A stretch of DNA of 64,000 nucleotides from Anthoceros angustus. Taxonomy: Eukaryota; Plantae; Anthocerotophyta. Each line of letters opens with the position of its first letter. Position 1 is the first letter of the stretch. Both the position numbers and the translations under genes were made by a program. The DNA lies in NCBI GenBank assembly GCA_010909165.1, contig VJWM01000134.1, forward strand, positions 248,001 to 312,000, read 5' to 3'. The notes under the pieces were generated by a model. The model saw only the letters and a program-made list of their open reading frames with translations, did no database searches and was not told the DNA's origin. Below are positions 13,001 to 26,917 of this stretch, in pieces.

Positions 13001-16000
13001 TGATATTAATTGTTGTAAAATATAAAATAATTTCTGCTCAATATCTTTACAAACAATATGTAGGGCTATAGTCAAGTTCCCCAAAAATGCCCTCTGAGAA
13101 TGCTCTGTATTAATACTCTCGGTGCCGAACTCTACATTGGTCTACTTTAAGAGAAGCATCTGCGACCTGATTCGATTCCTTCTTCATTCCTCCACCCTAA
13201 ACACACGACTAGCGCAAAATGGGATCATGAAAGTGAACATCAACATCTTATCAACAACCAACTCAAGCTTTCAAACAAGGTACATTGAGGTGAGTCCAAT
13301 ACCAACAATCGTAATCGGTTTCTACTCCTTCTCATGCCGACGTGGATTCCAATGATTCACCAAAAGCCATCATCCGCACTCTTGTTCAAGATTGCCTGCA
13401 TGACCTCCTCATCACACTCATAGAATAGCCAGCACCTCTCAAATCATTCCACATGGTGTGCCTTCTCCTTCTTCCTTTTCGATCAAACATGGGAACCACA
13501 CGAGTGTGGCATGGAAGACTCCTTCCAATAGCAAGCTTTTAGCCAATTGCCGGGGTTTCGTGCCCCCTCAATTTGAGTGGGTGGGATCCCTTTCAAACTG
13601 CGCTTAAAACGAGCCACAAAACCTCGACCACCCAAACCAAAAAGCATGAGTCCAGTATCTCCACCTCTTTCCTCTGACCATCTTTTCTTTGGGAGGCGAC
13701 TCTCCATCTATCTTGTCCCTCTCTTGCTGGAGGAGGACTTGCCAATGCTCCTCCTTCACGGACTTGGGCTTGCTCTTCTTCACCGGCTAGAAAACCACTG
13801 AGACCCTAAGATTGTTCCTCCAAAATTTCAAGGAGGTATTAGAGAAAAGCGCAATGTAATAGCCTCCATTTCCCAAGGTCACGCACCCTCAGGAGGTTAG
13901 TCTCCACAGTAACTTGGTTGCGGTGGCTCATCATCAAAAGATAGACCAGAGGATTGCAAAAACTTCATGCTCCAATGACATTGGTCCTTCATGTGTAGAA
14001 AGGAGTCGAATCATGCTTGATCCAGACTGCAACAACACAATAATTTAGGCACAGACGGATAGCACAACCCTGAATCACATGACTAAAATTCGTGAATATA
14101 AATCTAGGCACCCAAAGACATGACATGACGAAACCATCTATATTAGACTCGGACAAGGAGGGAGACATGCACTCATGGGACATATGTCCTCCTGTGGAAC
14201 CAAGAATGAGACGTCAAAAAATCGGCGCCGCCTCGTGGCTCGGTTCTTCCTTTGTGGTGCAATATGCCCCTCCTGCATCGCCTCACTCTCTTGTTGCTTG
14301 GACCTCGAACCACGGAAGGAAGTGGAGTTCTCTCAGGTGGAGGATGTTCCCTTTATGTTGAGGATGGACTCGGGACCTCCTGTTGTCGCACTTCCAACAC
14401 CTCATCACGCAACAAAACATCCGTGTCGGAAGCCCATGAGGAGCACCCAACATTGATCCTCATAGATTCCACAGGCCATTGGACTTAGGCGGAGGAGCAT
14501 TCACCACTAGGATGCGCTCTTGAGGTTGGGCACAACACTCGGTGGTGGGTCATCAAGAGTTGACCACGACACACCTCGTGCCTTCTCAACAACACATGCT
14601 GCTTAGAGGGCCGTCAGTATTCTTTGCAAGGACTTGAATCGCGGATTGTCAATAGAAATGGCTGGAATTTGAGCCTTGAGCACATGCACGAACTCGGAGC
14701 AAGATTCGAGGAGTAGGGTGAGCGGGCACATGTCGCTCATAGTCCATTGGGTGAGACAAAATCAGCAACATGGTCAAGCCCGGCGTCTGCGGCTCTGGGA
14801 TTTGTTGGCCTCCTCGATTGACGCTAGCTCATGAGCAAGTTCGAACCCATGCCGGCATCCCGAAAGCTGCCTCCCCAAACTGCCGAGACACAAAGTTGCC
14901 ACCACATGCCGCTCACACTTTTGCGCATTGGACAAAATCCGCAGCACCATGGTTAGGCGCTTGCGTTTCTAGCTCCTCCCGAATAGTTTGCCCCTCGCCG
15001 ACGCCTCCATGAAACCTCGGGAGGTTGTAAGCACCTCCATACCTCCCTCGCTTGTTCCACGGGGACACCGCAACCTTGTCCTTGCCGTCTGGCAACTCCT
15101 CTATCATCCCCATCGTCACCGCTCTCTCCAGTCTCTTCTGTCTTTGTCGTTTCCGGAGTTGGGTATCTTCACTCTCCGTTTCACTTTCAATGCATGTCAT
15201 CACAGTCGGCCTTAGCCTTGATATTCTGTGTTGCCTTAGCCTTTGCCACTCCATTTACTTTGCCCACCTCCCTCCGCCTTAGGTCTTGTTCCTCCGGTGC
15301 CCCTCTCACGCATCATCTTCCACAACCTTCGCACATGCTTGAAACGCTCATCCGCGCCTCGTCCTCGGGTAGCTTTGCTACGAGTTGTTGTTGGTGGACT
15401 ATTTGACTCCCCATCGGACCTCGCTCTTCTTCAACCAAGTTGTCATGTAGATGTCGGGCTCTAGATTGGGCTCTAGATTGCTTGACTCTCCTCCACGTCT
15501 CTTTCGGGTCGATGGCTTCTCACCCAGGCTTTCCGCAGATGCAAGTTCACTGCTAGTCCGCGGCGGTCGTACTCCCCAGCATCGCATCACAGAGGGCCGC
15601 CAATGCCTGGTCGGTCCCGGTCCGACTCATGGAACTCTAGCTTTTTGCCACAAGCTTAGGCATCGGAGGAATGAATGCGCTACTCCAGTCTTGATCACAG
15701 GGGCAGGGCACGCACCGCAAACACTAGAAAGCGCGACCGTGGCGCCACCCAAGCTTCCGCTCTTAGCCCGCACCACAAAGCGCCGGACCGTGGCCGCCAC
15801 CCAAGCTTCCCCGCACTTCTGGCGGACCGCACCCCTTCGCTCTTGGCCACCACTTCCCCGACTTGAGCCCATGGCAGCTGCCGCCGCAATCCGGACCTAA
15901 TCGCGTAGACCGGAAGAAGGCGGATCCGGATCTGGCCGTATCTTAAGGACCGCGGACGAGGGCACGGCAATGGCGGTATCTGCTCCATGTGATACGCCGG

Positions 16001-17401
16001 CACCACCACCCGCTTGTTGGCGTACCACCGAGTCCTTCAAATTTCCCACCACCCAGTACTCGGCATCTAGGAGGCGGGCGGGCGGGAATGCCACCTCCGT
16101 TCGTGAGGAGATGTCTGCGCGGTGTAATCTCGTCCGCATCCTGACCACCGATTCATTGCCGCCCGGTTTGGGGAGATCGCCGGACAACAACCTGATGGTG
16201 GCGGTCCCGCACCCTCGTGGGAGCTGCGATCGAGAGACAGTCGGCGTCCGGGCAACGTGTGGCACCGGACCTCCTCACACCCGAGGTTGGCCGCTTGACC
16301 GGCCGGCCACCACCTTGATCGGCGCTGGTGATTCTCTCTGATCGGCCCAAAAGCGAGCTTTCAGCGCGTCGTGCTTGGGCCGGCCACGAGAGGTGGGCAT
16401 CCGAGTCCTGTCGTCCCGCGATTCCGTAACTCTCGCTGCGGAGACCATGACCGGTTGTCCGGAACCTCGGCCGCTCAACTTGGCACATCTCGGAAAAGCC
16501 CGGCGCCATAGCCATATCCGGTGAATGCGGAGATCGGCGTCCACGGACAGCGATGCCAACCGCCTCCATGCCGGACGCCAAGCTGGACTGTCTCATTTAG
16601 TAAGGTTGAATGGCGCATCATCAGGTGGTCCACTCGCGTATTGCCTCACGCACACAATTTCCTCCTCCTCCTCTACAAGTACCGCCTCCGGCCTCTGGGG
16701 CCTCGGCGTGGCTTCACGATATTTTGATTGCCCGCACTCGCGATCTGGCTCCCGCTGGCGGTAGCCACCGAAGTGTTACATAACTTGACCTAGCTCTGCG
16801 AGTGGCGAAACAAGCAAGCAAAGGCAATTTCATGCGGCTGAGCGATGCAATTTTATCTTTGACAGCGTGTCTAATTCTCGCACCAAGATCCTGTGGCCGG
16901 TTTGGATCTTGTCAGGGCACAGCCTCCTCGTTTGAGTCTCTATCCGGGCATCCGGCGCATGTGCGGTGTGAAGAGGAAAAACCCTTTTGGATTGAGAAAG
17001 TCAAGCATGAGCTTGCAAGACTAGAAAAATCTGGTGGGACAAAACAACACAGGTAATGAAGTAAACGAACTCGCATAAGAGGACAAAAGGAGCCAAGGCG
17101 CCTTCCGGTCTCATCACTCCACAGAATACAATCGGCCGTAGCGGGAAGGGCTCCATTCAAGGAAGCGGGCCTCTAGTCTTTTATATTGGATCGATCTCTC
17201 CCTGCCCAAGGCGGGATCGTGAGCCGCTGACAACGACCAGCATAGGGGTGGCATTTGCATTCTTCGCTCTGACTCGGGAGAGGATGGTGGACCTCTCACC
17301 ATTTCCTCTCTCTTTCCCACTTGCAGACACACACGCCACAGACACTTACACCATCCTCAATATTGTACACATATGGCCGAATTTTTGAGTTACCGAATGT
17401 A

Positions 17402-17468
17402 AACCATCTGTTATCGAGTTTTTAACCATCTGTTATCAAGTTTTTAACCATCTGTTATCGAGTTTTTA
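17402..17468. repeat. 3 x 22-bp tandem repeat AACCATCTGTTATC(G/A)AGTTTTT
   Basis: Read directly; lies just upstream of the CACTA transposase fragment. Confidence 0.85.
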
Positions 17469-17563
17469 ATTTTGGAATGTTTATATATGTGAGAGCCCAT
17501 GAGGTTTACATGTTCAATCATCACTCTATTTCCTTCTCGGTATTTTTGTACCATCCGTCATCG

Positions 17564-18520
17564 ATGGACCGTGGGAAAAGGGCTAGGGCTGTCAAAGACT
17601 TCCCATGGGTATGGTGTAAGTGTACCAAGTGTATGTATAAGGAAGAACACAAGCTCAATGTTGCCTGGGAGCATGAGCAGAAGTGGGGCACTTGCAAAGG
17701 TGGTGCATCCTCATCTTGTCTAGTACCTGATGTGAATGTCCCGCCCTTAGGGACCAACAATATGGGTGTAGATACTGACAATGATGGTACTAGAAATGAT
17801 CATGAAGACTATATGGATGATCACAATATGGGCGATGATGACAATGTGGATGATGATGAGAATATGAATGATGTGGAGAATATGGGTGATGACAATAGGG
17901 ATGTTGATTATGAGGGTTTGAGTCCTATTGAAGAGGATACAATGGACTTAGTAGAGGCATTCGGGGGTTGGAATTGCCGATATGATGGACGAACAACTAG
18001 GTGCACTACCGGAGAGATCAAGGAGATGCATAGAGCGCCACTACACCATTATGGGAGGAGCAAACATATCATTGCTTTCTTTTGTAATGTTGTTGCTCAA
18101 TTGGCAAATGAAGGGTAGTATTTCTAATACCGACTCTTCAATGCCTTATTGAAACTTTGTCAATGAGGCACTTCAAAAGGGAACAAGCTTCCCGTATAAG
18201 GATGAGTTCTTAATGTTGAATGCATTTGGGTTTACTTTCTTGAAGATTCATGCATGTCCCGATGATTGCATGTTGTTCATGGGTGAATATGAGGATAAGG
18301 AGGTTAAAAATTGTTTGTTTTGTAACAAGAGTAGATATCGTCGATACAAAAAAGGTCCTTATGTGCCAAACAAGGTTTTAAGGTATTCCACTAAAGCCTC
18401 GAATTCAACATTTAGATGTGTTGAATTGGCTTCCTTATTAAAATGGCATGCAGAGAATGTGTCACGGACCAGGTCATGTGTTCCTTGGATAGCATGGCAT
18501 GGAAACATGTGACTCCATAT
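17564..18520 (+). mobile_element. CACTA/En-Spm TnpD (Transposase_21-like) fragment, pseudogenised
   Basis: N-terminal WCKCTKC; KIHACPDDCMLF...CLFCNKSRY...VPNKVLRY...LLKWHAEN is the typical TnpD N-terminal region. Confidence 0.8.
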
Positions 18521-18789
18521 ACCTCAATTTGCTAATTTAACATCATCTATATTTTACAACACAAATTAGACAGTCATTCAAAATAATAAAGTATTATAAT
18601 GGCCATAGTTGGCAAATGGATGTGGCATGTTAAAACAACAAGCATTTACGTCGAAAGAAACAACGGATAGTTTAAGATGTTATGAAAAACCCTAAATTAT
18701 GTTCTAAAACAATAAGCATTTACGATGGAAGTAACAACGGATAGTTTAAAATATTAAGAAAAACCTAAATTATATTGTTAATATGGATT

Positions 18790-19690
18790 TGTGTGTTGTA
18801 AATCACCTTGTTATAAAATTCCACCCATTGTTGTAATAGGCGTCTCGTTGTAAAAGGGTATTAATTGTTGTAAAAGAATGATAAACCGGGCATTGTTGTA
18901 AAAGGCACCCCATTGTAGAAAGCGTAATCTCTGTTGTAGAAGAACCATTGTAAAACACGGACATTGTTGTAAAATATGCTCTTGTAAAAGGCGTAGTCCC
19001 TAATGTAAAAGTGTTGTAATAAAACAAAGGTCATCGTTGTAAACAAAGCCCGTGTTGTAGATGTAGTTTTAGGCGTTGTAAGAAGTAATGTAAAATACGG
19101 CATTGTTGTAAAAGGCGCTCCATTGTAAAAGGCATATTCCTGTGTAAAAGTGATTGTAAAATAGCAAACATTGTTGTAAAAGGCGCTCCGTAAAAGGCGT
19201 ATTCCACTGTTGTAAAGAACCGTTGTAAAATAGCGAGACATTGTTGTAAAGACACTCCGTTGTAAAAGGCGTATTCTGTTGTAAAAGAACCGTTGTAAAA
19301 TATGACATTGTTGTAAAAGACGCAACGTTGTAAAAGGCGTATTCCCTATTGTAAAAGAACCGATGTAAAATAGTAGACACTGTTGTAAAAGATGCTCCGT
19401 TGTAAAAGGCGTATTCCCTGTTGTAAAAGTATTGTAGTAAAATAAAGGCCATTCGTTGTAAACAAACACCGTATTGTAAATGTAGTTTAGGGCGTTGTAA
19501 ACCACCCTAAAAAACACAAGTTGAAAATAGTAGTCTGTAGTAATCTTGCAAACCCATGTTGTAAATGCGTGAAGAGAGCCACGTCATCAAAAGCCCATAA
19601 AAAAATCGCGTTGTTAAAACCCTAAACCCATGTTGTAAAGTGTTAAAATCTATACGAAAATAATACATGGGTTGAAAAGCTCGTTGTAAA
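18790..19690. repeat. CACTA-like subterminal repeat array (TTGTAAAA / TTGTTGTAAAA motifs)
   Basis: Dozens of short TTGTAAAA motifs downstream of the TnpD fragment; no clean CACTA TIR seen. Confidence 0.7.
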
Positions 19691-19699
19691 GCGAGCAGT

Positions 19700-22600
19700 C
19701 ATCTAAAAATCCCTCTCTCTAGATTTGAAGGGTAGCAAAGTGCTGAGTTTCCTAGTAGTGCAGGATCCGCATCCGGAAGAGGAAAGCAGCTGACATGGGC
19801 GCCTTTCTTTGAAACTACGGATAATGGGGTCTGCTTTGCCCAATCGGAAACAAGGATGGGTGTCTGAGCAACAATGGATATGAATGAGGGGAGGAGTTCC
19901 TGTTGTTTTACCACAGGCCATATAAGGTTTGTGCGATGATCAGGACCACGATATACAGTCTTATGTTCTCGACCTCGGAGGTTCAATGCCGAAATGTGCA
20001 CCTCGCTCACTTGTCGAAGAGTTCGCGAGTGCATGCGACAACACTAAGTTGGAACAAAACATCTTTTTGAGAACCATGAGGCTAGGATGATCGACGTGAT
20101 TTTCGCTTTCCGCATTAGTCGAATGGCCCTCATCGTGGCTATTTGCGGAAGATTACGAGACAGGATCATGTGAGAGAGCTTTCAATGAGAAGGGTGAGAG
20201 CAGCCCATCAAAGAATTTAAGAGGCAGAGAGTCCGAGCCCCGGATCCCAAAGTGAACTTGGGCCTCGGATGAGGAAGATGGCCCCATTCCACGCCTCGGG
20301 CATTCGGAGGAAGAAGTGTCCGGGGCATGAGGAAGACGGAGATGGGATGCCAAGCTGGCATTGCAAGGCGTCAATGGTTGTCCCACCATGGCCTACCCGG
20401 AGAAGGTGGAGTGTGAAGGGGTAACTTGCCACCGGATCCTAACCGGTTTATCCGGTTTCAACAAGGAGATGGGGTTGGGCGCCGGGCCCGGAAGAGCTTC
20501 GGTGCCATGGCCCTTCCACCGACCGTGGAAGAATAGACATATGGGATCCCGAGAGGAGGAGGGTGTGAGGGCAAAAGGGAAGGAGGAGGCGCCGGCCGGC
20601 CTCACCGCGGAGAGTCGACCAGAAGGTCATATGGGAAAGCGCCCGCAAATTTGGATTCTATGGGACTACAAAGGCACATAGTGGCGACGGAGGCGAAGGA
20701 AGAAAAAAGAAAATGCAGTTGAGGATCCGTTGAGTCATTCCGATCCCATATTTCGACGATGAAGAACGGTTAGAAGACGCGATCCGGGATGCACCCCTCT
20801 CTCGCTGAGGGATTCACACCAAAGAAGGTGGTCTTGGAAAGGTGTTGGTCAAGTTGGAGAACTTAAGACCACACACATAACGGATGCGCAGATTCCAGGG
20901 TTGATGAGGCATGGGCCAATTATTTGGCTCGGGTTATTTCAAGGGAGGATAGAGGAGGGTGTTTTGCCACCTTATGTATGATAGATCCAAGTGAGTGCGA
21001 CCTGAAGTCGGATCGGAAGCGATGGCGAAAAAATACGTTATGGGGTTCTTGGTGGGAACCATACATATGAATGAAACATCTATGTGATATCTCACCGTGG
21101 AAGAAGAGGTTTCAATATGTGGAAGCACATGTCTATTGTGGGCTTCTGTCGAAATGCGAGTGCCACGGATCACAATACCATGTCGGACAAAGAAAGAAGA
21201 TGAACTTCATTGGTGTCCGACTTACGAGATGAGATTTGAAACGCGGCGAGTCTGATGACCATGGCATGGAAGTACATCATACAAAGTGCTAGGATTGATT
21301 GAGGATGATGAAGGCGCCAAGACGATGTCTACAAGCGTAACAAAGTAGACAATCCACACATTTTATGCATCGCCAAGGTGAGGGGTGTGGGACAATGTGG
21401 ACTTGATTTTTCAAAGTGGGAGGTGGAGAGCTTATGGAACACAAGAAGCATTTAGGGACTAGCAAGAAAGGGAAAGGGAAGCAAGATGGTCGACGAGCAA
21501 GTGGACGTGATAATGAAAAGCCAAAGGACATGTTGGCAAAGCCATGGAAATCCTTCCAAGGAATACCAGGAGAGTGCAAGAATTCGTCACATGTAAAAGT
21601 TTTAATCGGACTTATTGATTTGAAGGGCATGGATGAGGAGATCACTTTGCGGAAGAAGTTCCATGTCATACAAGTTGCTATGGTAAAACACGGGTGCTCT
21701 TGTTCAGAGGTGCGAAGAATATCCGCATTCGATGCACTGATGTTGTCCCGCTTTCAAACCGCTTTTTGGAAAGGTTAGTTTCGCCCATGTGTTCGGGAGT
21801 GGCCGGCCGCCCTCTCGCTCTTTTTGCTTTGGACTAACCATCATGTGTTTGGCAAAGCGAAGGATATTGAGGTCCTTTCCAAACTTCCGATGTCTTCCAA
21901 CATTTCATTTTGAGTAAATAATTGAAAGGACTGGAGGAAGCAGCGTTTCGCGACAAGGACCTTGAGGAAGGATTGAGGTCTTCAATGTTCCATCCTCGGA
22001 CAAACAAGTACAATACCAAGTGGAAAGGTGGATGTTTTGGACATGCGAGGATTTCGAGAGGAAGTACACACTGGTGATGGACGCTCCAAGGGGTTTCAAA
22101 TTGGGCCCTTGGACAAACGAGTTGACATGCGATGATGGACACTTTTTTGCGTAGAGTTTTGCGGAGAAAACTACTGGATGAGTTGAGAATGATTGTCATG
22201 CATGGTGTGGAGGAGGCTCACCGTGAGGGAGTCAATGCGAAAGTGGAGCAAGAAAGGGGCTTGGTCTCATTTGTATGGGACAAGACCAACATGAACAATG
22301 AGGGTGGATTCAAACCGTGGAATATGTCACGGTAGGGTGGGGCATGGGAGATGGATTCGGGATAGAGTTCCAATGATGCCTAATGCCATGCACGGCACTT
22401 TCAACAATGGGAGGTCCGTGATCGCACACGATACTTGCCAGAAGAAACAGTGTACATGTCCCAAGACAAGCTGGTTGTTTGCCCATACGAGGCCTCGGGC
22501 TTATGATGAAACTTATCGGAACCTTCTCGAGAGGGATTGGATTTTGGATGCTATAGTGGGACAACGTTATTGGCTTCCCTACTGCGGACGGAATTGTATT

Positions 22601-23275
22601 CTTGTTGAAGGCGACTTGGTGTCACGGGATACATACCACGCGGATTCTGGGCATGAGGTTACACGATCTTTGAAGAAGAGGCGGCGTTTGGCGCCCACGC
22701 GGAGGTCTTGCGCGATTTGGGCGAAGGAGGTGTGTATCGGTGAGAAGGACTCCTAAGCAGTTGTTTCCTTAAGCAAAGGCGAAGACCAAAGCGGTGATCT
22801 TTTGGCGGATGGGCAGCAAACTTTGGATAGTGTGGCGGCCTTCCACGACCCTTGGCGGCGCAGAGACAGAAGACACAAGGGCGTTGGGGAGAGCGATAGC
22901 CGATGAGAGGAAGTGGGCGCTTATCGCTATTGTGATGGATTGAGTTTTCTCTGCGAGTCCCAAGTTAGCCCTAGGAATAGGCTTAGTGTTCTCATGTCAT
23001 GTGCATCTGCCGCTTCGTTTAGTTCGTAATGTTTTATGGGACCGTTCCATTGCGGCAATTGATGTCTTGGTTTTGCAGTTCCAAATAAACAATGAAAAGG
23101 CCGGCCGAGGCGCCTCTATCCGTTTTCATGTCTTTGTTCTTGAATCGTTTTTGAATACCAACGTGTTCTACCATGGTCGACCTTTCTTTAAAAGAGCTAA
23201 AGCATATTTCGGGTGTGTCATGTGCTAAGAGGGTTTTCATTTCACGGAAGGGGTTCGGATATTCACCCCTTCACA
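19700..23275 (+). mobile_element. Highly decayed Ty3/gypsy (possibly chromovirus-like) remnant with putative 3' LTR 22731-23275
   Basis: Fragmented pol-like peptides; PNAMHGTFN followed by chromodomain-like text at 22.3-22.7 kb; purine tract GAAGGAGG then TGTG at 22731; CCCCTTCACA end at 23275. Confidence 0.4.
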
Positions 23276-24647
23276 GATATCGTGTTCCTTTGATATCTTT
23301 AGGCGAATCATGTTGAAGAGCGTGTTAGTGCGCAAATGGTCTCCAAATTGCGTCCTTCAAACTTGAGCATGCAACCTTCAAGTTACGCATAATCATTCCA
23401 CCGCCACCTCGCTATCATCGATCTCGACGATACTCTTTCAACAACGGTGTAGCGGCCAAAGAGCCAAGATGTCTTGTTTGCTCGCAGAGGTGTATCTAGA
23501 AGTGAGATCAGAAATGTTGACCAATTTCCCGAGCCACTGTTTCACGAAGTGAGCATTCCACGCTCCACCGATTCGCTCAAGGCCCATTGCCTTTGCTCTC
23601 CACTTCTTGACTCGTTGTGTTGAGGTTCGTGAGGCGGTCAACATCCCCAAGCCTTGCTTGATCCTCGCCCGTCTCAACCGCATCCCCCTCTCGCTCCCCC
23701 CCCAGCGCTTTCTTGAATAGCCCGCTATCACAGGCATCCGTCCTTCCAGGGGTGCTGCTGCCACTCAGTGCGCCTATGCACTGTGACCTCTGGCGGCCTT
23801 GCTCTCGGCCCATGCTCGCCTCGGCTTACAGTGAGCGTGCCATACCTCTTTGAGGGGCCGAAAATGCGTGTCTGCGCTAGAGAGTCACCAAGCCCGATCT
23901 TGAGACGACCTTTCACACTGTGATGTCTTCACATGGCTGCGGCAACCATGCGCCGTGTGAGACCAAACCCTAAACATCTAGCTTGGACCCGATTCTACAT
24001 GGTTGATTTCACCCACCACAGCGGCCCTACGAACGCAACAAATGGGTACATTGAGCGCGTCTCATGGTGCATCCATTGGCGGATTGTTGCGTGTAGATGC
24101 CTACCTCCAGAGTCAACTTGTTTGTGGCTTGAATGCACCCACTGGCGCCATCGGCATCACCTCTGACCATGCTACCACGGTTTCCATGTTTGAAGTACTT
24201 GATGAAAGAGATGCTTGATGTCGGCCCATAAAATTAACAAGTGCCGTGATGCGTCAGGTGTGAGGGGCTCCATGAGTCACGGACCATTTTCCTCCTTCGC
24301 TCCCCGGTTCCTTCGCTCCCCGGTTCGTAAAAATAACATGGCACAATGGACAAGTGTCGAGGACATTGCCGTCTTAGCATCCGGACCAAGGCATTTTTCA
24401 AGGTCTTTTTCCCTAATCTAATTTCATATTTTAACCTCGGATACATACATAAGAATACTATCATCTATAAAAATACGGACCGTTTGGAAAGCAATCAATT
24501 ATATAAAATTATATTCAATATAAGAGGACAAAAGAAGGATGTTTCAATGCATTCACGCGCAAAGTGAGCACCAAACCATGCATCTTCCCTATTACACCCT
24601 AAATCCGGTTACCGCCAGCTCACACACATGCGCAAGTGGCCGCGACT

Positions 24648-24770
24648 CCCGGTGTGACCCCACCTACCACCCTACCTACGCCTCGTGGCAGTTGATTGTG
24701 ATCAACCCGGTGTGACCCCACCTACCACCCTACCTCGCCTCGTGGCTGAAGTTGATTGTGATCCCGGTGG
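24648..24770. repeat. About 58-bp direct tandem repeat x2
   Basis: CCGGTGTGACCCCACCTACCACCCTACC...CCTCGTGGC..AGTTGATTGTGATC occurs twice. Confidence 0.8.
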
Positions 24771-24909
24771 TGTTGACAATCCCTAGCCCTGGCGCTTGAG
24801 GTGCCCCCAATCGGATGATTCTCGTCCCCCTCAATCCCATGGGGCCCCTCTCGGCGCTGGAGTGCAGGGGTTGCGCCCGGTGGTGGTGGCATGAGTGACC
24901 ACCAAGTCG

Positions 24910-26917
24910 TCATCCATTGTCCTCTGCGCTGCTAGGCGCTTGGTCCCCGGGCTCGTCCAACGGCCTCTCCTCATTTGGCCGAGCAGCCCAGCGGACCATC
25001 CTCCTAGCAGGGGTTGGAGTAGACCCCGTCGTGGCGTCCTCCGGTCCCCGGACCAATAGGTCTGCTCTTGGCTCAGGCCCTCGGACCCATAGGTCCGCCC
25101 CTTGCTCCGGAGCTCGGACCAATAGGTCCGCTCCTTGCTCCGGAGCTCGGACCAATAGGTCCGCTCCTTGCTCCGGAGCTCGGACCAATAGGTCCGCTCC
25201 TTGCTCCGAAGCTCGGACCAATAGGTCCGCTCTCTCCTCCGGGGTCCGGACCAATAGGTCCGCCCCTTGCTCCACTACCGGGGCTCTTAAGTCCGGAGCC
25301 CCCAAGGGACCTATCCCTTCCGCTTCCTGGTTCCCGTCTGGTGGAACAACCCCTTGGTTACTTCCCTTCCCGGGGTCTGGGTGTGGGGAACCTACCTCTC
25401 GCTCTCCTCCGTCGTCGCGCTCCCGTCTCCCTTCTTCCCTCGGTGCTTCCTCACTGCCGCTCTCTTCTCCGAACAGTGCATCCAAGGGTTCCGCCGCGGC
25501 GCTTTCCCCGAGACCCTCCTCCCTTCCGGTCTCCCCTGACTCTTCCAACGGTCCTGCCTCCTCCACCGCTGGGTGAACCGTTGCCACCGCCCTCAGGAGC
25601 TCCGCATGGTAATATGCGAAGTCGGAGTCCACCTGCTGGATGGCTTCCTCCACATGGGTCCGTAGCACCCGGTACTCTCGTCTCCAAAGGTTTTTTAAGC
25701 CCAGGCGTCTGGGTTGCTCTTGACCCATCTCTACTCGAGATCTTCCAGTGAGGCTGGCAGCATCTCGGGAGGTCAAGCCCGCTAACTCCTCGGCGCTCGT
25801 GTTGGCCCTCTCCTTTCTGTTCTTCGCGGAGGCCAAGCGCTCGGGGCGGTTGCAGGTCTCCACCCTTCGTAACTGCGCGAGCAACCTTATGCTCCTCGTT
25901 ACCCTTGTCTTGCTTTCCGTTACTCTTTGGTTGAGAACGGCCATCTCCTCCTCCAGCCTCCCGGGAGGCGCCCTGGCTGGCCTCGGCTCTCTTTCGAGCT
26001 CGGCAATGGTCAGCTCCTTGCTGTGCCGACGGACTTCCTCCGCCCTTAGGCATGCACAGAGCGTTCGGCTGCTCCACAGTGCCGGGGTCCCACGAAGGAG
26101 GCGTGGCGCGGTTCATTTCTTGGGCTGCGACTCGGTCTCCCTGCCCTCTTCCTCTTGGCGCGCCTGCTCCGCCTTCTGAAGGTGCTCTTGGAGACCTTCA
26201 CACTCCCTCAGCCTCTCCTGCATTTCTGCTCCGTGCGCCACGCGAGCTTGCTCCGCAGCTGTCTGTTCTTCCTTTAATTTAGACGCTCCGGAGCTACCCC
26301 AGCTGCCTCCTCCACCGATTCCTGTCCCGTCGGTAGTGGTCCCGATCGGTTTTTGCGGTGATTTCGGCTTCCTTGGCCACCTTCACCTGGCCCTCCAGCC
26401 TCTGGCCTTGCTCCCTCCAAGCAGTCTCAGCCTGTTCCCGGGCCTCATCCGCTTGTTGGCGGGCTCCGTCTGCTTGCGCCTTCGCCTCCTGAGCCAGGCT
26501 CAGCTGCTCGCATAATTGCAGGACCCTTTGCCCGGTCCTGCTGGGCGGATCTTGCCGCTCGCTCCGCCGTCCGTCGCTTCTCCTCTTCAATCCGGGCGAG
26601 GGACTCCGCCTTCCTCCTGGCGGCTTGGGCGGCCGCCGCTTGGCCCTGGAGCTCCACCATCCTCCGTCGGGTGGCCTCTACCTCCTGCGTCTTCTCTGCT
26701 GCCCCACAGCTAGACCCCATAACATGCCGTCCATGACGGCAGCCACTACCGTGTCTCCTCCCGGCGCCCATGCAGCGATCGCCTAGGTATCTTCTTGGGC
26801 CTTGGGCATCTCCCGGTCCGCTAAGGACCGCTAGATCGCCTCAGTAGCTCGGATTAGGGCTGGACCCAATCAGACTCCCAAGTCTGCCCGTCCCGAGTAG
26901 GTCCGCCCACCTCCTTG
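24910..26917 (-). pseudogene. 3' half of a long coiled-coil transposon-associated ORF interrupted by the copia insertion
   Basis: Frameshifted E/R/A/Q-rich coiled-coil ORFs (26294-26590, 24910-25944); the reading frame continues from 35214 across the copia (..KRAK | EVGGPT..). Confidence 0.6.
25042..25275 (-). repeat. 33-bp coding tandem repeat (~7x) encoding EQGADLLVRAP
   Basis: GCTCCGGAGCTCGGACCAATAGGTCCGCTCCTT units read directly. Confidence 0.9.

Larger units (their letters stand above)
9779..13266. repeat. About 1.75-kb tandem duplication (9779-11540 / 11541-13266): GC-rich head plus AT-rich subterminal-like repeats
   Basis: CTCTTGTC(A/G)GTTTGCGAG start and AACATCAACATCTTATCAACAACCAACTCA end occur in both copies; internal blocks align throughout. 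Confidence 0.9.

Noticed and set aside
18803-19517. ORFs up to 218 aa rich in F/Y/T/N
   Set aside because: Artefacts of stop-poor TTGTAAAA repeats on the minus strand.
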